A stretch of 40,982 nucleotides of DNA. Origin: a virus (lineage: Duplodnaviria > Caudoviricetes). Both the position numbers and the translations under genes were made by a program. Below the pieces are notes generated by a model. That model searched no databases. It saw nothing but the letters and a program-made list of their open reading frames with translations, and was not told where the DNA came from. Below are positions 1 through 9,719 of the stretch, piece after piece; the stretch's first letter is position 1; each line of letters starts with the position of its first letter. The stretch lies in the IMG/VR virus record IMGVR_UViG_3300029171_000019, positions 1-40,982 of that record; one strand, written 5' to 3'.

Positions 1-3
1 GTA

Positions 4-1485
4 ATGAATCACACGCCGGACAAAGGCATCGGCGGCTTCGGATGGGAAATGGGCCTGGGCAAGACGCGCGGGACTCTGCATCTTTACCACCGGATTCAGC
101 AGCACATCCCGCGCATCCGTCTTCTTGTGATTGCCCCGCTTTCGCTTTTGGAAGGCGCGTGGGGCGCGGACATTCAAAGGTGGAGCAATTACACCTACCA
201 CAATATGCACCGCGACGGCCGGCCGAATCTTGAATACGACCGCCACGGCCGCGCCCGGTTCCTACACATCGTCGTTGTCAATTACGAAGCCGTGCTTTCG
301 GAAAAAACGCAAGCATGGATTGAGGAAATGGCAAAGACCGATACCTGGCTTTGCGCTCTGGATGAAAGTTCGCGCCTAAAAAATCACACTTCAAAAACGG
401 CCAAATATCTTTTGAAAGCGGCCCCGCTTTTCAGGTTTCGGCTGATCATGTCCGGCACGATGGCTCCGAATTCCGAACTGGAATACTGGCCACAGATGCA
501 GTTCATTCAGCCCGGACTTTTACACCCCTCATTTTACGGATTCCGGAACAAATTCTTTTATCTCCGCAACCGTTACACCGGCGCGGAATTTCCGCAAGGC
601 GCAAAGCTGACGCGTTCAATGATGCAGGAAGTCCTCCGCAGATGCGATTACGCGATTACGGCAGATAAACGGCAGGAACTCATGTCAGAGGTCTGCAAAT
701 GGATTCGGTTCAGGAAGAAAAAAGATTGTCTCGATCTCCCTGAAACGATTGACGAGATCCGCAAGGTTCAACTCTCCAAAGAACAGCGCATGGCTTATGA
801 AGAAATGCGCCGGAACCTGATCATCGAAATCAAAGACGAAACGATCATCGCGCCTGTCGCTTTAACGAAGGTCATGAAGCTGCGGCAGATCACAAGCGGA
901 TTCGTTTATAACACCCTGGGCGAAGCGTTTGAAGTTCTGCAAAGCCGAGGGGAAAAGGCGTCGCCCCTCGGCCCGACCGAAGTCAAGGAATTCCGGAATC
1001 CAAAAATCGAAGAATTGATGGACGTGATCGAGGAAGCCGGCGATCAGCAGGCCATTATCTGGATTCAGTTTCATTGGGAACTGATAAAAATTTGCCATGA
1101 ACTTTTCAAGAAGTATGGACAGGGTTCTGTTGTAACCCTGTCCTCCTCTACAAAGGATCGCGATGAATCAATCCAGGCATTCAAGGCGGGGAAATCACGA
1201 TTCCTCGTCGCGCATCCGAAAAGCGCAGCGCACGGCCTGACCTTCACGAATTGTAACCTCCAAATCTTTTTCAGCCTGGACTATTCCTGGGAAGCCTACA
1301 TCCAGGCCAAAGCCAGGACCGACCGCGCCGGCCAGACCAAAAGCACGACATACGTTCATCTGATCGCTGAAGACACCATCGATGAACAGATCCTCGAAAC
1401 GATCCAGAAAAAAGGCGCCGCGCAAAAAATCGTATTCGACATTTTAAAAGGGAAAGCCACTGAACCCATGAAAAGAGCGTCCTGA
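4..1485 (+). CDS. SNF2-like (SF2) phage helicase, possibly 5'-truncated
   Basis: EMGLGKT (motif I), DESSRLKN (II), SGT (III), HGLTF and ARTDRAGQ (V/VI). Begins at the window edge. Confidence 0.9.
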   Translation: MNHTPDKGIGGFGWEMGLGKTRGTLHLYHRIQQHIPRIRLLVIAPLSLLEGAWGADIQRWSNYTYHNMHRDGRPNLEYDRHGRARFLHIVVVNYEAVLSEKTQAWIEEMAKTDTWLCALDESSRLKNHTSKTAKYLLKAAPLFRFRLIMSGTMAPNSELEYWPQMQFIQPGLLHPSFYGFRNKFFYLRNRYTGAEFPQGAKLTRSMMQEVLRRCDYAITADKRQELMSEVCKWIRFRKKKDCLDLPETIDEIRKVQLSKEQRMAYEEMRRNLIIEIKDETIIAPVALTKVMKLRQITSGFVYNTLGEAFEVLQSRGEKASPLGPTEVKEFRNPKIEELMDVIEEAGDQQAIIWIQFHWELIKICHELFKKYGQGSVVTLSSSTKDRDESIQAFKAGKSRFLVAHPKSAAHGLTFTNCNLQIFFSLDYSWEAYIQAKARTDRAGQTKSTTYVHLIAEDTIDEQILETIQKKGAAQKIVFDILKGKATEPMKRAS

Positions 1486-1826
1486 TGTCCGAAGACCTTT
1501 TGAAACGGAAGTGCCGGAAAATCGCAAACGATTTCAAACGCGACAACCCTGACGACTTCTGGGTTTATTTCCCGACCGACAAATTTTATTCCGGAATCCC
1601 TGACATTCTCGCATGTTTCAAATCCATTTTCGGAGCATGCGAACTCAAGACCGAGCGCGGCAAGGTAACGCCCCTGCAGCAGCACACTCTGAAGGAAATC
1701 GAGAATGCCGGCGGCGTCGTAATCGTCGCCCGGTCCGCGGACGACTTCAAACAGTTTTTGAATCAATTAAAAGAGAAAGGAGGGAATAGCAATGGAAGAA
1801 ATTCTAAAAGCGAAATCGGAGCGTGA
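1485..1826 (+). CDS. VRR-NUC-like PD-(D/E)xK nuclease
   Basis: GIPDI...ELKT.RGKVTPLQ motif; adjacent to the SNF2 helicase, as is usual in phages. Confidence 0.85.
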   Translation: MSEDLLKRKCRKIANDFKRDNPDDFWVYFPTDKFYSGIPDILACFKSIFGACELKTERGKVTPLQQHTLKEIENAGGVVIVARSADDFKQFLNQLKEKGGNSNGRNSKSEIGA

Positions 1827-2211
1827 TCTCGTGATTCTTCTGCGCGATGCTCGCAAAAAGAAAGCAGACCTTGAAACGGCGCTGACTGACGCGAACAAAG
1901 ACAATGAAGAAATCGAGATGGCTCTCGCAGAGCTACTGGAAGCACAGGATAAGAAATCGACCGCCAAATATGAAGGCATCGGCTTCGTTACCCTGAAAAA
2001 GCCACGCCTCTACGCTCGCTTTGACAAGGAATTCGAGCCTATGGTTTTCGAGTTCCTGAAGAAAGAGAAACGGGAAGACCTGATCAAAGAGACGGTCAAC
2101 TCGCAAAGCCTTTCGAGTTTTGTCAAAGAACGCGTGGAAGTGGGATCGGCGATTCCGGAGTACATCAAGTTCTACCTGAAGCCGAACGTCGCCTTCAGCG
2201 GCGAAAAGTAA
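1792..2211 (+). CDS. Hypothetical coiled-coil protein of the replication/recombination module
   Basis: AGGAGG RBS upstream; helical N-terminus; position in the module. Confidence 0.7.
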   Translation: MEEILKAKSERDLVILLRDARKKKADLETALTDANKDNEEIEMALAELLEAQDKKSTAKYEGIGFVTLKKPRLYARFDKEFEPMVFEFLKKEKREDLIKETVNSQSLSSFVKERVEVGSAIPEYIKFYLKPNVAFSGEK

Positions 2212-2255
2212 CATCAACGCAACCAAAAAAACAAAACCGAAAGGAAAAATAAAAC

Positions 2256-3080
2256 ATGAATCTCTTTAACCTGCTATTCCCGAAAATGTACTTCTCGATG
2301 GCCGAAGGCGGCGGTGCGGAATCGGACGCCGCTCTTGCCAAAAGGGAAGAAACCGCAATTGGACGCCCGGCGCCCCGCCGCGGCTTTGAAGAACCGACCG
2401 AACAGGAAGACCTTATTCTTCCGCGTGTGTTGATGATTCAATACACCCCGCCCAAAACGGTCGAAATCGATCCAAAGATCCACGTCCCCGGATCTTTGAT
2501 CAATTCTCTCACGAAAGAAATCCTGCCTCTGGACGAAGCCGGCGGCGTGGTGTTCGTGCCCATCCTGAAAAAGAAAAACTGGGTGCGCTTCAACCCGTCG
2601 AAGAAAGACGACAAAAACTTCGACCCGGCGTTTGAACCGGGCGCGGTGATCTGGAGATCGGACAACCCGCTCGATCCCAGGGTCAAAGCCGGAAGCGAAT
2701 TCGGACCGAACGGCGAGCCGCCGGCCGTGACCGCGTTCCTGAATTTCCTGGCGTACATCCCGGGATACAAGATGCCGATCATCGTCAGCTTTTCGAAGAC
2801 GAGCTACAGGGCCGGAAAGGAGCTGCTTTCGCTGACTCAGTTTTCAGACGGCGATATGTTTGCATGGAAATACCGCCTGAAAGCGAAGGCTGAAAAGAAC
2901 GATCTCGGCCAGTTTTTCGTCCTCAAGGTCGAGAAGATCGGCGCCAACGAAGGCGACGAATTCAAGAAATGCGAATCTCTCTGGAACGATTTCCACGCCC
3001 GTGAATTCAAGACTCACGGCGAGGAAAGTCCGGAAGAAGGAGCAGAAGCAGCCAAAGACGGCAACAAAGCACCCTGGTAA
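2256..3080 (+). CDS. Putative ssDNA-binding/replication protein
   Basis: Acidic C-tail ending in APW; lies just before the primase; strong RBS. Function inferred. Confidence 0.55.
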   Translation: MNLFNLLFPKMYFSMAEGGGAESDAALAKREETAIGRPAPRRGFEEPTEQEDLILPRVLMIQYTPPKTVEIDPKIHVPGSLINSLTKEILPLDEAGGVVFVPILKKKNWVRFNPSKKDDKNFDPAFEPGAVIWRSDNPLDPRVKAGSEFGPNGEPPAVTAFLNFLAYIPGYKMPIIVSFSKTSYRAGKELLSLTQFSDGDMFAWKYRLKAKAEKNDLGQFFVLKVEKIGANEGDEFKKCESLWNDFHAREFKTHGEESPEEGAEAAKDGNKAPW

Positions 3081-3095
3081 AAACGGAGAAGCCCT

Positions 3096-5678
3096 GTGGC
3101 ATTTGAAAAGATTTACGGGCTTCTCTTGGATCACGCCCCGCTTTCGGATCGGCACCGCAAGGAGCTGACCGAAAAGCGGGGGTTTTCCGACGGAACCATA
3201 AAGAAAGAAAAATTCGGATCAGGCGGCGCTCACCTTTTGGATTTTGAAAAGGCGGTTCTCGAATTGATGCGCCTCGAAAAATTCAGAGAACAGGATTTAA
3301 TCGCGTCCGGCGTTTTTATTTTCGATCCCAAAATCAAGACGATCCGCATTAATCCAATCCTTTTAAACGACACGAACAAGGTCAAAGGAAAAGACGTTTC
3401 GAATATTCTCATTCCATACCGCCGGCGGGACGGCGAAATCGAAACGATCCGTCCCCACAAACTCGGCTTTAAAGACGTTCCCACCGAAATCTACCAGGAA
3501 GCGAACCTCACAGGCAACCCGCCGGAGATCATCATCACGGAGGGCGAGTTCAAGGCCGTAGCGGCCATGCAGTACGGACTGCCATGCATTGCGGTGCCGG
3601 GCATCCAGTCTTTTAGCGAGAAGAAGTTCCCTGAACTGGCAAAGCTGCTCATTGATAACGGCGTGCAGCGAGCGGTGATCATGTTTGACAATGAAACGAA
3701 GGATGATCCGGCCATCGAACACCGCTACAAAGCAAACCCCATCGACCGCTACGACACGCAGTTTTATTCGTATTACATGGCCTACAAACTCGAAAAGGCC
3801 GGCATCAAAGAAGTCGTGATCGCCACGCTTCCGGATGCCTGGAAGGTGGATGGAAAGATCGATATCGACGGCTGCGCGGCGACTGGTAAGCACGCCGGGG
3901 ACCTGAAGAAAGTCATATACGACGCAAAGCCACGGAACGAATTCCTCGGAAGTCTCGACGCCGAAGCGAAACAAGTCGTGCTTCGAAAGAACAATCAAAA
4001 GTATCACCGCAGCAAAGTGAAGCGGGAATTCAACCGCTACGTGGTCACCCGGGCGTCCGGAAACAAGACCTGGGAAGAAACCATTTCGAATTTCGTGATG
4101 CGCGTGATCGCCACGCACGACACCCCGGAAGGCGTCAAGCGCGAGATCGAGTTCGTGGATGAAAACAACAAACGGTCAAATCCTTTCACGATCGGATCAA
4201 AGGAAATGTCTTCAGCGGAGGCCTTCAGGACCTTTGCGCTTTCGAAAGGGGATTTCGTTTGGCGCGGCCGGCTTGAGGATCTCCTGACCATTTGGGAATC
4301 GGAATTTCTGATGATGGACGAAGGCCGGTACATTGTCGAGAGCGATCACCTGGGATGGATCGAGCGCGAGAAGATTTGGCTTTTTGGGAACATCGCGATA
4401 GACCGGGAAGGCAAGGAAATCCGGCCCGACAAAAGCGGGATTTTCTGGCTTGAAAAAAGAGGGATAAAGCCTATCCCTCTTTCCATTTCCACCGGGCGCA
4501 ATACCGACCTGGGAACCTTCCCGACCCTGCACACGTCGCCATTCGATATTCACGAAGTCCGCAGGCGTCTTGGCCAGTCCATCGGCGTAAACGAAGCATG
4601 CGTGGCCCTGGGATGGATAACGGCCGTCGCGTTCATGGAGGAGATCTTTGACGCTTACCGGAGCTTTCCTTTCTTTTTTGTGACCGGTAAGTTTCAGTCT
4701 GGGAAGACTACCGTCGCGGAATGGATCGTCAATTTCTTCGGCATAGAAGAGACCGGCAAATCGATCAGCCAGACCACCGCCGTCGCGATACAGCGCAGCC
4801 TGGCCTATTTTTCAAGCCTTCCGTTCCACATGGACGAGTACCGCAACACGAAGGACATCGCCTATAAGAACGGTTTTCTCCGCAACGTGTATAACCGCCA
4901 GGGCGCCGGCAAGGGCGTTAAAGACGATTTCGGGCTCCGCGACGCAAAGGTAAGGGGAACCCTATTACTTTCAGGCGAGGAGACCCCGAAAGACCCGGCC
5001 GTCCTTTCCAGATGCATCGTTGTCTTCGTCAGCCGCGCAAAACGAGAGGCCGACAATTTCAACTGGTTCAACCAGAACCGAAGCCGGCTTTCCTACCATT
5101 TTTACGACATCCTGAAACGAAAAAAAGAATTGATCAAACCATTCGGCCAGACCCTGAACGAATGGAAGGACTTTTTCACATCCAAGGGCGTCCAGGACCG
5201 CGTCGCGCTCAATTACGCCATCGTCGTCGCCGGGCACGCGATTGTTTTCGGGCACAAGGATCTTGATTTTGCGAACTGGCTCCTGAAAGAAACCCAGGAC
5301 GTGGAAGCTGAACATTCCGAAGAGCAGGCGGTCAATATTTTCCTCGAAGACCTCATGGCCATGAAAACCCGCGGCCTCGTTGATGACAAATACTGGCTGA
5401 TCGAAGGCGACAAAATCTATTTTTATTTCCACGGATTGCATCAGGTTTGGGCCCAGGAATTCAAGAAAAGCCGGGGTGAAGAATCGTTCAAAGAAGGCAG
5501 TATTCGCGCGTACCTAAAAGAGGAAAAAGGATACATCGATTGGAATGTCAAAAAGTGGATCAAAGGCATGCAGAAGAAATGCGTGGTTTTTGATTACAAC
5601 ACGGCACCCGATGCGCTCCGGGAACTTATCGAAAACGAATTGCCAACTTTTGACCGCGAGGTGCCTCGTGTCCATTAA
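3096..5678 (+). CDS. TOPRIM primase fused to a P-loop helicase
   Basis: TOPRIM motifs IITEGEFKA and IMFDN; Walker A GKFQSGKTT; Walker B FHMDE. Confidence 0.85.
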   Translation: MAFEKIYGLLLDHAPLSDRHRKELTEKRGFSDGTIKKEKFGSGGAHLLDFEKAVLELMRLEKFREQDLIASGVFIFDPKIKTIRINPILLNDTNKVKGKDVSNILIPYRRRDGEIETIRPHKLGFKDVPTEIYQEANLTGNPPEIIITEGEFKAVAAMQYGLPCIAVPGIQSFSEKKFPELAKLLIDNGVQRAVIMFDNETKDDPAIEHRYKANPIDRYDTQFYSYYMAYKLEKAGIKEVVIATLPDAWKVDGKIDIDGCAATGKHAGDLKKVIYDAKPRNEFLGSLDAEAKQVVLRKNNQKYHRSKVKREFNRYVVTRASGNKTWEETISNFVMRVIATHDTPEGVKREIEFVDENNKRSNPFTIGSKEMSSAEAFRTFALSKGDFVWRGRLEDLLTIWESEFLMMDEGRYIVESDHLGWIEREKIWLFGNIAIDREGKEIRPDKSGIFWLEKRGIKPIPLSISTGRNTDLGTFPTLHTSPFDIHEVRRRLGQSIGVNEACVALGWITAVAFMEEIFDAYRSFPFFFVTGKFQSGKTTVAEWIVNFFGIEETGKSISQTTAVAIQRSLAYFSSLPFHMDEYRNTKDIAYKNGFLRNVYNRQGAGKGVKDDFGLRDAKVRGTLLLSGEETPKDPAVLSRCIVVFVSRAKREADNFNWFNQNRSRLSYHFYDILKRKKELIKPFGQTLNEWKDFFTSKGVQDRVALNYAIVVAGHAIVFGHKDLDFANWLLKETQDVEAEHSEEQAVNIFLEDLMAMKTRGLVDDKYWLIEGDKIYFYFHGLHQVWAQEFKKSRGEESFKEGSIRAYLKEEKGYIDWNVKKWIKGMQKKCVVFDYNTAPDALRELIENELPTFDREVPRVH

Positions 5679-5679
5679 T

Positions 5680-5948
5680 CGGTACCGGAGTACCGTTGCG
5701 GTACCGCTTCCGGTACTGCAACAAATATTTGAAATTAAAAGGGTTAGTGCGTATCGGTACCACGGTACCGCTAAATTACAAGGTTTTTTATCCGCGCACT
5801 TTTTCAATCCCGATTCACCCCCCGCGCCAGACGCATATAAAAAATCGTTTTTTCGGGTACCGCGGTACCGTCAGGCCTTAACTGACATCCCTGTAATGAT
5901 TTGGAGCGGTACCGCGTGCGGTACTTTCTCGCATCCAGTACCGGTACC
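5680..5948. repeat. Array of 12 GTAC-cored (mostly CGGTACC) palindromes; putative replication origin
   Basis: GTAC at 5682, 5690, 5701, 5713, 5757, 5765, 5857, 5865, 5909, 5921, 5938 and 5944, with AT-rich spacers, directly after the primase-helicase. Confidence 0.75.
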
Positions 5949-5960
5949 AAAGGAGAAACC

Positions 5961-6188
5961 GTGATGAACGAGCGTTTCCTCCGGCATTACAAAAAATTCT
6001 GGGAAGGCATTCTCTATATCCGGCAGCAATTCCGGGAAGGCAAAGACACCCCTTTTTTTAGGCGCGAACTCGCCCGCTTTGAGCGCGAGGTGATTGAACC
6101 AATGGATCGTGAATGGGATCTGATTCCTCCATCCCAAAAGAAAAAAATGATGGAGGATGAACTCTTGATGAAAGGAATCGTGCTGTGA
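5961..6188 (+). CDS. Hypothetical protein
   Basis: AAGGAG RBS before GTG 5961/ATG 5964; GTGA overlap with the next gene. Confidence 0.65.
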   Translation: MMNERFLRHYKKFWEGILYIRQQFREGKDTPFFRRELARFEREVIEPMDREWDLIPPSQKKKMMEDELLMKGIVL

Positions 6189-7378
6189 ACACCATAACGC
6201 TGACCCAGGAACAACAGGAAGTGGTCGATTTTGCCGTGGAGCGCCTCAAAAAATGCGAACCCATCACAACCATCGGCGGGTATGCCGGCACGGGAAAAAC
6301 CACGATCATGGGCGAAATCGTAAAAGCGGTCCGCGAGAGCGTGCCCGAATGCCGGATCGCATTCGCGTGCTACACCGGAAAAGCGAAAGACGTCCTCGAA
6401 CGGAAACTGAAAGCGTCCGACGCGCTGAAAGAGGGCGACTTTTGCGGCACGATTCATTCCCTGGTTTATCAGCCCATCAAACAGGAAGAACGCCGCATCG
6501 ATCGCGAAACAAAAAAAGAGCATATCTCGGTCGACGTCGATTTCACAAAAGGGCACAAAGACCATTCGTATAACTGCCTGATTGTCGACGAAGCGAGTAT
6601 GGTGGATGAATATATTTTTAAGGATCTTTCAGACCTGAATATCCCCATGCTTTTTGTCGGGGATCACGGCCAGCTGCCGCCCGTCGCGAGCCGGTTCAAT
6701 TTGATGGCGAATCCCATGCGGCGCCTGGAGAAGATCCACCGGCAAGCGGAAGACAATCCCATCATCCGGCTTTCGATGCTCGCCCGGGAAGAAGGCCAGA
6801 TTCCATACGGAGAATGCGGCTCGGTCCTGAAAACTCGCGACGGGTCCGTCGTGAACCGAATCCCAAACCTTCACGAATGGATGATCCTTTGCGGAACAAA
6901 CAAAAAACGCTCCCGGCTCAACGCATTCGTCCGAGAGAAACGCTTCGGACGAATGCCGGAACGCCCTCAGGCGGGTGAGAAAGTTATCTGTCTCCAGAAC
7001 AATCACGCAAGAAAAATTTTTAACGGAATGATCGGGACCGTGAAATCCATCCAGGAAGCGGACCTGCACTGGTACTGGGCTGAAATAGATATGGGGGATT
7101 TCCTGTATGTCGGAAAAATTTTCAAGCATCAGTTCGGGCACGAAAAAACCTGCAAAGAAACCATGCGCCAATGCGACGAAGTCCATCCGGACGATTTCGA
7201 GGATCTCTTTGATTACGGTTATTGCCTTACCACGCACAAAGCCCAGGGCTCGGAAGCGGAATCAGTCGTGGTCTACGAAGAACACGTTATGAAACGAAAC
7301 GGGGAAGAAGGATGGCGCCGATGGCTATACACCGCTATTACCCGGGCAAGAAAAAATCTGGTCATTATCGGGGAATGA
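6185..7378 (+). CDS. RecD/Dda-like SF1B helicase
   Basis: GYAGTGKTT, VDEASM, GDHGQLPPV, THKAQGSE and LYTAITRAR motifs. Confidence 0.92.
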   Translation: MNTITLTQEQQEVVDFAVERLKKCEPITTIGGYAGTGKTTIMGEIVKAVRESVPECRIAFACYTGKAKDVLERKLKASDALKEGDFCGTIHSLVYQPIKQEERRIDRETKKEHISVDVDFTKGHKDHSYNCLIVDEASMVDEYIFKDLSDLNIPMLFVGDHGQLPPVASRFNLMANPMRRLEKIHRQAEDNPIIRLSMLAREEGQIPYGECGSVLKTRDGSVVNRIPNLHEWMILCGTNKKRSRLNAFVREKRFGRMPERPQAGEKVICLQNNHARKIFNGMIGTVKSIQEADLHWYWAEIDMGDFLYVGKIFKHQFGHEKTCKETMRQCDEVHPDDFEDLFDYGYCLTTHKAQGSEAESVVVYEEHVMKRNGEEGWRRWLYTAITRARKNLVIIGE

Positions 7379-7379
7379 A

Positions 7380-8183
7380 ATGGAAATAAATATTCTTAGC
7401 TTAGGCGCAGGGGTTCAGTCTTCCGCGATGGCGCTCATGGCCGCGCGTGGAGAACTGACGCCGATGCCTGAATGCGCCATTTTTGCGGATACGCAGTCGG
7501 AACCCGCGGAAGTTTATAAATGGCTCGACTGGCTTGAAAATCAGCTTCCTTTTCAAGTTCACAGAGTCAGCAAAGGAAACCTCGGCGAAGACGCGTGCAG
7601 GGTTAGGACAAGCAAAAAAGGAAAAAATTACACGCAGCACGCCGTGCCGGCTTTTATCAAAGACGTCGATGGGAAAGTTGGGCTCGCAATGAGGCAATGC
7701 ACGACGGATCACAAAATCGAAGTGATTTATCGAGAAATGAAAAGCATCGTCGGAAAGAACACCGTTCGCCAATGGATCGGGATTTCGGTTGATGAAGCGA
7801 CGCGCATGAAACCGTCGCGCAGAGCTTGGGTAACGAATTATTATCCGCTCGTCGATGGCGGGATCACTCGCAAAGGCTGCCTGGAATGGATGAAGAAAAA
7901 CGGATATCCGGCACCGCCTCGATCCGCATGCGTCTTTTGTCCTTACCATAACGATTCCGAATGGAAAAGGCTTCGCGAGCAGGACCCCGAATCCTTTAAA
8001 GCAGCAATTGAATTTGAGAAGAAATATCAATCTTCACTCGCTCAAGTTTCCGGATTCCGAGGAAAGCCTTTTCTTCACCGAAGCTGTGTGCCCTTGGAAC
8101 AGGTGGATTTCCGGTCCAAAGACGAACGCACCGGACAATTGAATTTTTTTGAAAACGAATGTGAAGGAATGTGCGGCGTATGA
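7380..8183 (+). CDS. PAPS-reductase-like (PP-loop) protein with Cys clusters
   Basis: SLGAGVQS, IFADT, RSACVFCPY and C-terminal CEGMC. Confidence 0.75.
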   Translation: MEINILSLGAGVQSSAMALMAARGELTPMPECAIFADTQSEPAEVYKWLDWLENQLPFQVHRVSKGNLGEDACRVRTSKKGKNYTQHAVPAFIKDVDGKVGLAMRQCTTDHKIEVIYREMKSIVGKNTVRQWIGISVDEATRMKPSRRAWVTNYYPLVDGGITRKGCLEWMKKNGYPAPPRSACVFCPYHNDSEWKRLREQDPESFKAAIEFEKKYQSSLAQVSGFRGKPFLHRSCVPLEQVDFRSKDERTGQLNFFENECEGMCGV

Positions 8184-8494
8184 AATACAACGGCACGATT
8201 TATCTGATTCACTTCGCGGAAAAATTCAAGCACGTTCAGCATTACATCGGATGGACAACTAACCTGGACGGACGCTTCGAGCGGCACACAAACGGACGCG
8301 GCAGCCGGCTTCTGCAGTTCGTGAGCGCAGCCGGCATAAGTTTCGAAGTGGTCAGGACCTGGAAAGGTGACCGGAAGTTCGAACGGAAACTCAAAAAACA
8401 AAAACAGGGACCCCGGCTTTGCCCGGTGTGCAGCGCTAAAAATTTTTTGTCTCAAAAACAAGGGAATTCCCCAACCCATGCGTCGGGGAATTAA
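8180..8494 (+). CDS. Small GIY-YIG nuclease
   Basis: TIYLIHF...HYIGWTTNLDGRFERH; ATGA overlap; C-terminal CPVC. Confidence 0.8.
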   Translation: MKYNGTIYLIHFAEKFKHVQHYIGWTTNLDGRFERHTNGRGSRLLQFVSAAGISFEVVRTWKGDRKFERKLKKQKQGPRLCPVCSAKNFLSQKQGNSPTHASGN

Positions 8495-8540
8495 TTACAT
8501 TTTAATAACAACACAACAACCAAAACCGAAAGGAAAAAAC

Positions 8541-9719
8541 ATGAACCAGACACTACAAATTTCTCAAATCAAAATCAACGAGCAGCCGCGGAAAGACTTT
8601 TCAGACGTCGATGAAATCGCGGCATCAATCGAAAAGGTCGGCTTACTGCAGCCCGTCGCGGTCCGGAAAGAAAACGATGAGTATGTTCTCGTCGACGGAG
8701 AACAAAGACTTCGCGCTTTTAAAAAGCTGAAGCGTTCCGAAATTCCTGTCTATTTCGTCACGCCGGCAGATGAGCAAATCGTTAAAGAATCACAGATGAT
8801 GGCGAATCTAATGCGTTCAGATCTTGCCTACATCGAGCGTTGCCGCGGTTTCGCGGCACTTCTGGTAAATGCGCCGGCGAAATACAACACGCTCGTGATT
8901 GCCAATAAATTCGGGCTCAAGGAAAAGGAAGTCAAAGACATGGTCAGCGTGGCCGGCAAACTTGACCCCAAAGTAGACGTTGCGCTTGCCAGCGGACAAT
9001 TCAACGATGAAGACATTGAGGAACTGGCAAAGATACCAAAAGAGTATCAGGAGCAGGTGGCCAAATCTTCCCGCGGAAATGTCCGTGGCGCGATCTTTCG
9101 AATGACCGAAGAATTGTACTTTGATGAGGTGTTTGGAAAATCTCAGGCCGAAGCCGCCGGCAAGGTTCATTACGCCCAAACATACGGTAATCCTCGGACA
9201 TTCGACAAAACGTACGCTGCTCAAGTCAAAAAGGATTTCGAAGCGCGCACGAAAAAGAAATACGAGGCTGAACGCGCAAAGGAGAAGAAGAAGGAAGGCA
9301 AACAGCGCGAACTGTCAAAGGAACAAAAAGAAAAAATCCGCGAAAAGAAAAAGGCCGATGCAGCGGCCGCTATCAAAGCAATCCGCGAAGGAATTCCCGC
9401 CTGGATTAAACGCAGCGCCGCCAAGGTCGATCTCGCAGAAATCGTTAAACGGGAAGCGCGGAACTTCTCAACAAACGAACTTCGGATCATTCTCCGCGCG
9501 TTTGAATTCAAGAAAGACGTGAACGAAATGGACAGCGAAAGCCTCCGACGCGCGGCCTTGAACGAAATTTTCTTGCCGGCCGTGAAGACTCCGGAGCAGC
9601 TTGCGAACTACATCGAGTTCGTTCATTCAAGCCGCCCGTATCAGTGCAACACTGAAGAATTCGCAAAAACCGTTTCAAAATCCAACAGCAGCATTAACCA
9701 AAAGGAAAAATCAAAATGA
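8541..9719 (+). CDS. ParB/Spo0J-like protein
   Basis: QPRKDF, GLLQPVAV, LVDGEQRLRA, followed by an HTH-like region; RBS supports ATG 8541. Confidence 0.85.
   Translation: MNQTLQISQIKINEQPRKDFSDVDEIAASIEKVGLLQPVAVRKENDEYVLVDGEQRLRAFKKLKRSEIPVYFVTPADEQIVKESQMMANLMRSDLAYIERCRGFAALLVNAPAKYNTLVIANKFGLKEKEVKDMVSVAGKLDPKVDVALASGQFNDEDIEELAKIPKEYQEQVAKSSRGNVRGAIFRMTEELYFDEVFGKSQAEAAGKVHYAQTYGNPRTFDKTYAAQVKKDFEARTKKKYEAERAKEKKKEGKQRELSKEQKEKIREKKKADAAAAIKAIREGIPAWIKRSAAKVDLAEIVKREARNFSTNELRIILRAFEFKKDVNEMDSESLRRAALNEIFLPAVKTPEQLANYIEFVHSSRPYQCNTEEFAKTVSKSNSSINQKEKSK

Noticed and set aside
5680-5948. CRISPR array
   Set aside because: The repeats are only 6-10 bp with irregular spacing, and there are no cas genes.
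5545-5964. ORFs across the GGTACC array
   Set aside because: Their RYR/VPV translations simply reflect the DNA repeats.
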